A DNA stretch of 64,000 bases. Source: Ascidiella aspersa (lineage: Eukaryota). Made by a program: the position numbers and the translations under genes. The notes below the pieces were generated by a model. It was not told the origin of the DNA. It was given only the letters and a program-made list of their open reading frames with translations, and searched no databases. How positions within the stretch are numbered: position 1 is the first letter of the stretch; each line of letters opens with the position of its first letter. The stretch spans positions 5,890,001 to 5,954,000 of the forward strand of contig OZ004615.1 in NCBI GenBank assembly GCA_963924565.1, written 5' to 3'. Shown one piece after another: positions 1 to 11,017 of the stretch.

Positions 1-769
1 GCCAAACCGGTTTGGAAGCTATTACAATTTTCCCCAAGCTTTTTAGAACAGTGTTTTGTGATGTATAATTAGTCTTAGAATTTGTTTTGAAGCATGCATT
101 GAGCAAAAAAGTACAAACCAGCAATGTCATTTTTTGAATGCTGTTTTTTTTTGAAAATCTGTTTTCTAATTAGCTATTACAAGAGGGTAAATTTTTCAGA
201 AAATCCCAAAATGACAAAATAAAGGAATGTAAAATATAAAAATGTTCAGAAACGCAAGCCACATTTGGAAATTCAAGAGCCGCGTATAATGGATAAAAGT
301 TTGTAAAATGAATTAGAAGTTTTTTTTATGTGGCATTACGTAAGAGTGAGTTCTGGAGATTTGAGACCACAATCCTTAAAAGCATCGAAACAAACGATAA
401 ATATTATATACCGGTACTTTTGTATTGTTCGGTTCTTTGGGGCAGTCACATTGCAATGTTACATCACAGTGTAAACTATAGTTTAATTGCGAGGTTCTAA
501 GAAAAAAAACTTTACTGTTTCGTCATAATGAAATTGTTAATAAATAAACAAAAACGTATAGTTATAGTTGATATGTGAGGTACACTATCTTATGAACTAG
601 GATGTTACTCTTCAAGCAGAAGAGCCATAAAAACATACGGAGAGTAGCATTCGGTTCAACGCAGTTTGCCCACGTTTAGTTTAAAAGGGTTTTGACTGCT
701 CCAAATAATCTCAACTGCATGTTCCTTGTAGAAGTACGCTTGAGACCTTAACATGTGTTTTCTCCGCAG

Positions 770-924
770 TCGTTTCTCCCACCGAGTTCGGTCCGAACCA
801 ACTGAAATGCCCTTCCCCCAAGAACGTTATTCTCGGCATCGGCGACACCGTTGTCCTCCAGGTGACCTTGAACGGCGGAGTCAGCTTCATTTCGAGCAAC
901 GTCACAATCACCACCGTTTATTGC
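770..924 (+). CDS. ANTXR1/2: ANTXR exon, end of Ig-like domain
   Basis: tctccgcag|...|gtgagc; [51 protein letters not shown]. Confidence 0.93.
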
Positions 925-3900
925 GTGAGCAGATTTTTACTTGATCTTAATCCGTGTAAAAGTAAACATGATCATGGTGCCTCTGGATAGGCTTACCGAA
1001 ATCAGTCAGCCACGCATAATGTGGTTACATGTGCGAACAGGATACAGCAGGCAAAGGTGCTATGGTCGTTTTTTAAACAAATGCCACTGATACTGCGTAA
1101 TTGGCAGAGCGACGGTCCCGGTATGGGCGGAGGTCGTGAGTTCGAACCTCATCGCAGGCTATAGTTATTTGTTTTTTTTTCGTCTCGCCTTTTTTGCACG
1201 AATATCCTTATAAGGCCAACTGGTTTGGTTAACCTTTCCAGGGCATCATGAGTACTATGTTATGTGTGCCATTGTCGTCCCAGAAGGGCTTGATCACAGA
1301 TTGTACACATTGTGTATATGTATGTGTTAGTCGTGTAAAAGGAGTCAAACCTAATTTGCGACAAAAATTAGCTATTTGCGACGAAAAACCTATATTTCTA
1401 ATAACTGAAATGACAAAAAACGCCGTTTAACATGTTCCAACAGCAATACATTTAGAGGCTTTCTAATTGATGTAGATTCGTTGTTTCCAGTTTGTTGTGT
1501 ACGGTAAAAAAATAGTTCGTTGGGTACCTTAATAAAGACGTCTTAGTTTGTCGAATTAACGCAATTTCTAATCGTCAAATTGGGTGTAATGTTGATGTTG
1601 CACAGCCGTGCTTAACCGGGTAAAATTATCTTGGAAACAGGTTGACCTCAAACAAATTTATTTTAAACAAAACGCCCGATCGTACTAATTTGCAGTTATA
1701 ACGCTCTCAAATTTCCAATTGTTTTGCTGATTATTTCACAGCGTCGCACAATTGGCGGGGTGCTGGTGGCTCTCGCGTTCTTCGGTTTGCTGTTTTTGCT
1801 TGCCCTGTGGTGGTTCTGGAAAGCGCTCTGCTGTGTGGTGGTAAGTGAGTTAGAAACAAACCTACATCAGTCACGTATTTGCATTAAATGGGGTTATACT
1901 TTTTTACAGAAATATTTTACTTTTGCATTTTATTTTATTAGTATTAATATTTGTATATTTTGGGGGAGAGGAGGGGCATTAAAATCCACGACTGATTGAA
2001 AACGCGATTAATGCCTCAGTTTAGGGGTAGTTTAAACAAACCCACTCAAATTCAAAAAATTATAATATTGGGGCTGTATGAGTTCCCATAGATGTTTACA
2101 AAATTCCGTTTCTTGGTGATGTCTGTACCATAGCCATGTGACAGCAACGCGTTTTTTTGTTGGGTATGTGTTCGATGTATGTACATTCCACAGGGTGTCT
2201 TTCCGAAAGCGCAACAGTTTAAAATTGACACAAACGTTCCAATCAGCATAATTGCTCGCCTGTCGTAAATAGAGCGTCTGGCGTCTCTCTGAGAGCTCCA
2301 AAATAGCAAAAAAAAGTGGTCTCAATTTCAGCCCTGTCCAAGTAGGCTTTAGGCTTCCGCGGAGCCAACAATGTCGAAATTTATGACGCAAGAAATGCGA
2401 TTGCTAACTTCCTGAATGGTTCCTGTGCAGAGCGGCCACTTGCAAGCGCAGCTGTATGCCAACTTATCGGCTATTTTTACACCTTAGGGCAGACATCGCT
2501 TGGCATAAAGCATGTTCCGGTATCCTGTAGTCTAAGTCAGTGGCGTAGCCAGCCGAAATTTTTTTTGGGGGGCCAAAAAGTTTGAACTTTTATGTTTAGC
2601 TTTTGTTATTGTTCTAACTGCCGTAACGAACACAAATAACAATGTTAGCAAACCGTTTTGAGCATCAACTGACCGAGTGTTTATGCCATTATTAATGTAT
2701 AGCAAACGTGATATTAACTACATCTTTTGTGACGTAACAGTGCATGACAATTGAAGGTGCGGCATGCCTGTGATCGACTTTAGTGCTACTGCTCATAAAT
2801 ACTAAAAAAACAGATTATTAAGAGTAAAATATTCATAAATTTTTGGGGGGGCCTATGGTCCAAGTTGGTTCAACGCCTGGACATACTTAAAGTTCTGCTC
2901 ATTGCCGCGACTAGACGTTTAACAACCGCTCAGTTGGAACTTGGAAACTGTAAATTGCGACCTGAATTCGCCCATAACAGAAAATTAAGAGAATGACTGA
3001 CAATTGTAAAAAAAAAGCTTCGGACACAATCGGAATGTAACTTCGGGAGACAAAAAAATGTCGACTGAAATTGTTTGACTTGACGACAAACAAACAAGAA
3101 GACTTTTAAATGGACTGGACGTCACCTTGGCCCTGAGTCGTTTAGGAAAATGGTTTAAATTGCACTTAACAGTTGCGATTTGTTTGGTAAAAACGACGAA
3201 AAACAATTTTATCTAACAAAGTATTTTGTTTTCTTGACGCAGGTAATGGAACCCAAGCGCCAAGCCCCTCAACGACCGGTGCCACCCCCACCCCCTCCGC
3301 CGCCTGTAAGTCGTGACGTCATACAGGATGACGTTTGTTCTTTAAAATGTCATTTAGCATTGTAAACGGCCATTTATCCAAAAAAAGTGGTTAACAACTG
3401 GATGTAATTAAACCTCTTTGCGCTAAAGTAAATTTGAGCCTAATAATCTGGAAAAAAATCTTTGAATGTTTGGATTTTATCTAATTTGCTCGTTTGAGAA
3501 AAGTAATCACGACATTTGCTATTGGATCAGATCGCGATACTGTCAAAACTTAATGCTGTACCATTTCATAAATTCCTCGATTGACACAATAGCCTCGGTT
3601 TTACTCGAATTCTTTTACAAGATATAGGCTCGATGTGATATTGTTCGGCCTTTTTAATCCTTATGGTAAAACATTGTGTCGTCTTCCCCTCGTAAAACGC
3701 GCATGCACAAAAGCGAATTAAAAGCCTGAAATATAGTTGAGACTTCAATGTAAATCGTCATTAGGGTCTGAAAGTTACTTCTTGATATTTAAGTGCTTGT
3801 CGGAATCGAATTCAATAGATGCAATAGTTATCCTGTAAAGTAGCTGCGACCTAAATTGAATTATGCCCAACGCGCGTAACATACGGTCTTATAATATTAA

Positions 3901-6900
3901 ACCGGACACTTTTGCTAATAAATATTTTAATAATACCAAAATGTTTGGAGCATAATGGTTGGAGGTTGTAGTAAATCGTAGTAAGAATTTTAAAGCCTAT
4001 GCTGAAGTAGGTAGCATTTTGAACGTATAGAATGTCTCCCTATTTATTTTCATCATCAAATGAAAGTTCGATGCGTGTGAAATGTCTATACACTTCAGTA
4101 TACGCTTTGATATTCTTACTACGTAATACCAATATCATTACGAAATAGTCAGGAAACACAGAGAGTTAATTGACGTATATAAATTTTCCTCGATATTTGC
4201 GTCAGTTGTCTTCGTTTATTTAACTTGAGTCAGCGTTCAAACAGCCTTGTTCAAGCTGCAACGCCAATAGAGAGCGCCTAATACATCATCATCGCGCCTA
4301 GTACCAGTAGTACCCACCTCTGTACTGTACAGCAAGAGCAGCCGGACGACATCCCCAACAAACGCTGCCCTTGTCGTTGTCTCGAACTTGGAAATCGATC
4401 CGTTCCTGGATACGCGCCAATAGCGATGCGGCCGCTTGGCACCGGCGCCATTGGCCTGTCCCCGAACGCTCTCGTATTGCCCCTCGTGTAGTCTCGGAGC
4501 CCTGGCTATGATGTTTACTACGCTTTTGTCGCTCGTGTTGTTGTTGCTCTCGCTCGCGATTGACTGTCGCTTCGCACGAGATGTGCAAAGTCCGCGACTT
4601 TTGCGAAAGTATAGCAAGAGCCCGTTGGATGGACTGCGCTATGCTTTGTAACTGATGACTGATTTACCTTAGAGTTAAACGCATTGAAAGGCTTAGTACT
4701 GCATTGGCGTTTGTCGCTAGGATTTTGTACAATGTGGGTCTTTGTTTACTTTTAAAAAACAAGTGGCAACATGCCACGGTTGAGCAAGAGCTTGCCAGCT
4801 TTAATATATATTTTTTTACAGTGCCACTTGTTTTTATAATTATAATACAACTGCGTATCAAAACGTCTTTATTTAGATAATGTCGATTTACGCGACATAT
4901 TTGGCTTTGGTTTTATTTTTAAGCCATTTGTTTTCATTTTTTTAATAAAACAAATACAGATCTAGGTCAAGATAAATATCTGGTTTCAGAAATGCTGTGA
5001 AAATTTAATCGGGTCGGGTCATTTTAGAACTCATCTTAAAAAGTTTTGTTTTTGCAATTCTCTAGCTTCTTGTTGGTTAGTTAAAACAACCTATACATTT
5101 TTTCTTAACTTTTTTTCGTTTTCATGTTTAGCCGATGACGGCGGTACAGCAATGGCCTACCGTCGACGCATCGTTTTATGGAGGCAGGGGTGCCGGTGGA
5201 ATCCATGCCATGAAGGTAAATGCTTTAATGCTTGTTTTTGAACGCAAAATAGGAAGTTGTTTACCAGGTGCATAATGTTATTGCTTAGCAATAATACTTT
5301 CCTGTCTTAGTCAAAGTCAGTCATTCATAAGTTCGACTTCCTATTTTTTAGTCAAAGTCCGTCATTCTTAAGTTCTAGTCTATATTTCTCTGTTAAAGAC
5401 TAGAACTTATGAATGACTGACTTTGACTAAGACAGGAAAGCCTAAAGTATATTTGCTCCCATTTGAAGCCATTGTCGTAATTTAGATGTAAGAGCGAGGA
5501 GATATCCACATATTTTAGACATTTAGTTGTTATTGCTTACCTTTACTGGTTTATTTCGTTTATTCCCTTCCAATAACCCCTCAACTTGGCGGTTTTTCAG
5601 GTCAAGTGGGGCGACAAGGGGTGCACGGAGGGGGCGATGCACCTCGAGAAGACCAAAGACGCAAAAGAGGTCGGATTCCTGGAGCGGGAAGTCCTGGTGG
5701 ACGGCGTGGAAGAGGAGGAGCCAGAGATCAAAACAAGAAGGCCGCTGACCTGCTGCGAAAAGTTCAAGGTTTGAGTCTTTAAGCCAGTGTTTGTCAACCT
5801 TTTATGGCGCACGGCACCCCTCGAAAATAATAAACAGATTTTCGGCACCTCGACTGGAATTTTCGTTGAGTATTTTACTGAAATGTCATTACAAATAAAA
5901 CTGGAATAACACAATCAATGTAAAACATGTAGGAAAATCATTTTGATATAATGGTATCTTATATCCTACACAAATAGGTGTATCAAGAAGCTTACCGATT
6001 GAGCAAAAATCAGATACTAAAAAACTTCTTAAAGAGGCACCCTTGAGCATTCAAGGCACCACTGCTTTACGACATTCTTAATCTATTACTCGTTACACTT
6101 AAATATCTATATTTTCAGTTTTAAATAACTTAAGCGCACCTCGCAACAGTTACGTTGGTGGGAGAATCAGGCATATCCTGTAGTGTTGTAATGACTAAGT
6201 CAATGACATGACTTAAGTACACTTAAGTCTATGTTCTCAAATGGCTTGCCTTGTCTGAAGTCTTTTGGGTAGAATAACTTGACTTGGCTTGATTTAATTC
6301 ATTTAGACAAATTACTTGACTTGATGACTTAAGGTATGTTAAGGTGCCTGAATGAAATACTTGAAAATTGGGTTCTTTTAAGTCAATTATTAAATGTAAT
6401 AAATGTTGCTATTTGTTTTGTTTTTGTGTGTTTGTTTTGTAAAATAATGGACAGACTGGAACGTTTTATACCAATTTTAGAAGTTTAATGATATTTTTTG
6501 TTCCAATACTGTGACTTGAAATTGACTTGCGTCACTAATGACTTGGCCTGGGACTTGACTTGATATTCGTTTAAAATAACTTAACTTTTTTCAGTTACTT
6601 AAAAAAATGACTTTACTGGGACTGAAGTCATTTCGAAAATGACTTGTTTACAACACTGATATCATACATAAAAAGTAAATCAATCCCTTTTTCCAACCTG
6701 TCACTATGCTTTGCTTCATTTAAAAAAAATTGTTACAGTAAAACTAGGAAAGTCAGATGCTTCGTAATTTTAATCCAGTACCCGATATTTTAGGCAAACA
6801 TTGCTCTCGTCTGACGGGATTCCAGTTATGCCATTATTCAACAAAATATCATTTAAATTGTTCTAATCTACACAAACAAATGTTTGCAATGGAAATGTGC

Positions 6901-8263
6901 CAAGGCAATATATTTGTGTTATTATCATTATTTAACTACAAAATGTTAGTTGATTTCAGATATTAATATTTCCTTAACGAAAGAAAACAACACTCGGTTT
7001 GCAAGACATTGATTAAAAACATACTATTTTTGTTATATGATCGGTATCGATATTATAGCTTATTATCCAGCAGCTAGAAATTTCCAACATGGTATCGGAT
7101 ATCTAATATCACACATGCCTAATGCCCATTGACTAATTATACGACACTACTATAAGTGTTTGACCCGATAATTTATCGAAACCCGATTTTTATTTCACCT
7201 TAATTGTGAATTTTCTCCGCAGAGATTTTTCCTGCGTCTGCTGGCTCCACTTATTTCACTCTACAAACGACTGGACGTGAGACGTCCCGGACCTGACGAA
7301 GTGGTAAGTAAGAGAAATCACCAAAATGAAGGCGTGTGCTTTGTTGGCTGCAACGAACCCAATTACAAAATCAGCACCCGGCGCTTACTGTGCTTTACTG
7401 ATTGTTTGAATCACCCGTATAGGCAAAAACTGGCAAAACGTCCACTCGTCCAGTCATTGCAATCAACGTGTTTTTATCGTACACTAAAAACTGACAAGTG
7501 CTTGAACATTTTATTTACTTCAGCTCCATGTAGCCTGGTAGATTTTTTTATATTTAAATAGGCCAAAATCATTCAAAACGCACGAAAAATATGATATTGT
7601 TTTGTGCGGTTCTGTTCCATTGAATTATTTTAAGTCTAGCTACGACAAATGCTTTTATCATCATTTCAAGCCACGTGTTTACAAATGATTTAACTGATGC
7701 ACATTCGATTTAACTCATTACAATTGCAATAAACCATGTAAAGTGTTAGCCAGTATTTAAATGTGTTGATTTCGTTATTGGCTAGATAACTGTAAGGCAC
7801 AACGATGCTGGATAAAAAAATTGTGTCGCAATATGTTTATTAGGATTTAACTTGATTAAACACTTTTATATTAATTATTATCGTTGAACGAAAGAAATAT
7901 AAATACCTATGCAATAAAAACTGTAGCTAGCTTTACAAAATTGTCCTTTGCTTTAAAAAATCATCCAAATATTTCAAGTGTGCTAACAAGATATGCCTCG
8001 GTTTGGTAGAATTGACTCTGCGGGTCGGATCTGTCCCGCGGCCGTAGATAGGCCACCCCTGGTTTACGCCAAGGCCACATACAATTGTGGCCAGATTGTA
8101 TCGTTTTTTAGTTGTATATAGTTTTCGGCGCTCTACCGATACTTCCATAATGGAAGTCTTTTGGGTTATTCAGGGCAAATGCGTCTTGTGCAAGAGCGGA
8201 GAGGCACTTGGCAACGCTAAGAGAGAAAGTCTGACCGGCGGTTATCTCGACACAAGAAACTGA
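770..8263 (+). CDS. ANTXR1/2: Anthrax toxin receptor-like (ANTXR1/TEM8, ANTXR2/CMG2 family), 3' part; join(770..924,1742..1840,3243..3305,5132..5215,5601..5768,7223..7303,8174..8263); vWA exons lie upstream of the window
   Basis: The spliced translation has family hallmarks: [19 protein letters not shown] (Ig-like stalk), TM helix ending [45 protein letters not shown]|GKC. All introns are GT-AG and in phase. Confidence 0.95.
1090..1330 (+). mobile_element. tRNA-derived SINE-like element (pol III A/B boxes)
   Basis: A-box-like TGGCAGAGCG, T-arm GTGAG-TTCGAAC-CTCAT, acceptor-like CTGCG/CGCAG; anticodon arm unpaired; T-run after the head; right boundary uncertain. Confidence 0.5.
1742..1840 (+). 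CDS. ANTXR1/2: ANTXR exon, transmembrane helix and juxtamembrane CC
   Basis: ttcacag|...|gtaagt; [33 protein letters not shown]. Confidence 0.95.
3243..3305 (+). CDS. ANTXR1/2: ANTXR exon, proline-rich juxtamembrane segment
   Basis: gacgcag|...|gtaagt; [21 protein letters not shown]; phase 0-0. Confidence 0.9.
5132..5215 (+). CDS. ANTXR1/2: ANTXR exon, conserved cytoplasmic motif
   Basis: tgtttag|...|gtaaat; [28 protein letters not shown]. Confidence 0.95.
5297..5440. repeat. Foldback with perfect 38-bp inverted arms
   Basis: ctttcctgtcttagtcaaagtcagtcattcataagttc (5297-5334) and its reverse complement (5403-5440); internal partial direct copy. Confidence 0.9.
5601..5768 (+). CDS. ANTXR1/2: ANTXR exon, cytoplasmic (Ant_C-like) region
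   Basis: ttttcag|...|gtttga; [56 protein letters not shown]. Confidence 0.93.
5785..6064. mobile_element. hAT-like MITE
   Basis: CAGTG...CACTG ends; degenerate 8-bp TSD ctttaagc/ctttacga. Confidence 0.6.
6181..6658. mobile_element. hAT MITE family 1 (CAGTGTTGTAA TIR, GACTT subrepeats)
   Basis: tagtgttgtaa...ttacaacactg; flanks atatcctg/atatcata; homologous to the 30727, 39235, 47342 and 61686 copies. Confidence 0.85.
7223..7303 (+). CDS. ANTXR1/2: ANTXR exon
   Basis: tctccgcag|...|gtaagt; [27 protein letters not shown] (cf. vertebrate YDRVSVMRPQPGD). Confidence 0.9.
8174..8263 (+). CDS. ANTXR1/2: ANTXR terminal coding exon
   Basis: tattcag|[29 protein letters not shown]; a T-rich 3'UTR-like tract follows, AATAAA at 8865-8870. 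Confidence 0.8.
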   Translation, partial: GKCVLCKSGEALGNAKRESLTGGYLDTRN

Positions 8264-8864
8264 ACAAACGTGGAATCTTTTCAAGCTACTATTCCACAAC
8301 AATGAAAGACAATTACAGTTATTGTCTTTCCAGCTTTACCAACATTTTTAATTTTATTTGTCAACTGTGTCTGAAGCTTTCTTAAAGCAGATTTTACGCT
8401 TTGACCAAATTCGCGTTAAAAAGTGTCAGGTTTTTCTATTCACTTTGAATGCCATTACGGCTGAAAAATTCGCTTTAGGCAAACTAATGTTAAAGCGTCG
8501 TTTTACTTTAAGACCAGCATTGTTTCTTTTTTTGCTATATTTTTTATTTATGTCGCTCTAACGATGCCTATTTTGCTGGCATGTTCTTTAATTAAACCCT
8601 CGCGTCAACTATTATATAAATATTGTTGACATAAATGCACTGAATATACGTCATTTTTTAGTTGTTTGCTGTTGCTCATTCAGGTGGTTTTATTATGTAC
8701 ATTCCGCTTGCATTTTTTGTTGTGTGACTGTCCTGCATAATTGTTACACGTGTTTGTTGTTTTTTTACCAGGCCAAGTGGGTCTCCTATTTGTAGTTGCC
8801 AAGCATCATACTCGCTTATTTGTGTTTGTATCAATCTGTGCTGCTTTATCACGTTTTGTGCGCC

Positions 8865-8870
8865 AATAAA
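8865..8870 (+). terminator. Candidate ANTXR polyadenylation signal (AATAAA)
   Basis: About 600 nt after the stop, at the end of a T-rich tract. Confidence 0.5.
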
Positions 8871-10141
8871 ATACCCTTGGTCATGAATCAGGTTAATTTG
8901 TAATATGCGGTGAGACCTTTTTAAAAACTGAAAAAACAACTGGGATGATTTAAATGGTAGCGCTATTTGCTGTTCTTATTCCATACTCATATACCTTTAG
9001 TCTCTTTCGGCACATAAAAGTCGTTTGGTATAATCTATATTTAGTCAATATATAAATGATAAAGCACAGCTTACCTTTCCTAAGTTTAGGTGCAGTACAA
9101 CTGGCTTCTAATAACGAGCTTACAGCACAAGCTGAGCTTAACCTATAACGTAAATAGAACAGCAGTCAAACAGCAGCTAACTTTTAACCAGTCACTAAGC
9201 CTAGTTTAAATTATCTTTTCAAGTCAGCCCCCAAAATCAATAATATATTTGCTTCAACAAGTCAAAATGACACATGTACACAGCAATAAGGTTACAAAGC
9301 GGTTAGTAGTTGTTTCTCGTTTGCTGGTTTGTCATGCTATAAGTATAAAGTAGCGTAAGAGTGGTAAGATTTCACAATGATTGGCGCGAGTTTTGTACAG
9401 TAAATCAAAGCTGGCGAGCGGCTGAACGTACATTGGCCAAACGTTAAAAAAACGAAGATGCTGCTAGAGCTTGAACAAAAGGCAAGCCAGTGAGTGCGCA
9501 AAGCGTTTCTGAGTTTTGTTTGAAGGTGATAATTGACAAATTAAAAAGCGGTTCGCTCGCGTGAGTTCGAGTTCAGTGTTTCGGATGGCAAGACGCTAAT
9601 TTGCACGGACACCACTACAGAAATTAGTCAGAAATATAAATCTACAAAATGTCGGTTCAAAACATAAAAAGAGACTGTAGCAAACGCAATAAACTTAAAG
9701 TCGATAAATTTGTTTTATGTCAAAGTTAAAAGTGAAAGCTCATTAAGTATTGTTCAGAGAATAAAAATATTGACAAAATATCAGATTTTCTGATCAACAA
9801 GATTCTGAAGTTGACCCATACGATTTATATAAGAGTTTAATATTAAATATACAATTTTAAAGATCCTGTGTTATTTGCGAGCCTCGAGAAGACAATGTGC
9901 ACGAAAACGAATTGAAGCGTGTACAAAACAAAAACGGCTAAAAACGGTACAGCAAACGCACGTCGTATACATACTGCAAATATGAGTAAAATCGGGCAAG
10001 CCTGGTTAAAAAAGAAATCCCTACGTCATCAGTCAAAATGACGTCATAATGTGAGTCGCTTTCTTGATTTCGCTGTTAAAATGCGGCGCGGCTAATGTGA
10101 CTCTGTGTAGCGTGAGTTTCGCAAAATACCACACTGACAAT

Positions 10142-10490
10142 TAGGGATGTCTGATAATATGGAAAATAAACACATCATAAAGGTGCCAAGCGGAAGTAAC
10201 GGGACAAGTCCCATACCAGGTTGTGTCGGTACGGATCCCATATCACAATATTAAAGGGATTCCGCCAATTTTATTTATAAAAAAATAGTAGGCAAACAGC
10301 TGGATGTAACTAAACTACTTTACGTGAAATCAAATTTAGACCCAATAACCCTGGTAATACAGGTTTTAAGTTAACCTATTTTGCTCGTTTAAGCTTATCA
10401 ATGACGTCATTTAGTATTGGATTGGACCACTGAAGGTTTCGTCCGAAATTTTGAGTATCGATATCGGAACATCCTTATCGGACAACCCTA
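10142..10490. mobile_element. MITE family 3 copy, downstream of the PDLIM stop
   Basis: tagggatgtc...gacaacccta; internal similarity to 3370-3545. Confidence 0.65.
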
Positions 10491-10884
10491 TTTGCCTACT
10501 GATAATACTAAGTTCGGTTATCAGTTGTTGAAATCTTTGCGCAAAAGCAGGTTGAAAAATTTGAACATCGAAGAAACTTAGAGGTTATAGTACGACATCA
10601 AAAATGATAGATAATGAAAAGATTTTTCGTGTCACATGTTGCCAGCTACAGTATGTTCTTAAAATACAGCTAGTTACAATACTTTTTTAAGTATTGTGAA
10701 AAGGTGCTTTCATATCCAATATATTCCATTACTGACTCCGCATTTAATAAACGACAAGAATGTACCTTAAAGCGGACGAAATCACACCGAACAAAACATT
10801 ATAGCGTTTTGGGCCCATAGCGAATCGAGTCTAAGACAGATGAAAAATCATAGAAATCGCAACCCGGAAGATGCTGATGACGTG

Positions 10885-10903
10885 TAGCGCCCCCTGCTGG
10901 CGG
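10885..10903 (-). promoter_or_regulatory. Near-consensus CTCF motif
   Basis: Minus strand reads CCGCCAGCAGGGGGCGCTA. Confidence 0.6.
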
Positions 10904-10924
10904 CAAGATGGCTCAGGGGCGCCC

Positions 10925-11017
10925 TTACGCGGGCAGTCTGGCGTTCTTGTGATTTGAGCAAACCGGCTTGGCGTTGATTGCGAAGAAACCGGCGTTCTTC
11001 AAGTCGCAATGGCACAC
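10925..11017 (-). CDS. PDLIM5/7/LDB3: PDLIM terminal coding exon
   Basis: [30 protein letters not shown]. Confidence 0.93.
   Translation of the reverse strand: MCHCDLKNAGFFAINAKPVCSNHKNARLPA

Noticed and set aside
1093-1160. Functional tRNA gene
   Set aside because: D and anticodon stems do not pair properly; treated as a SINE head or pseudogene
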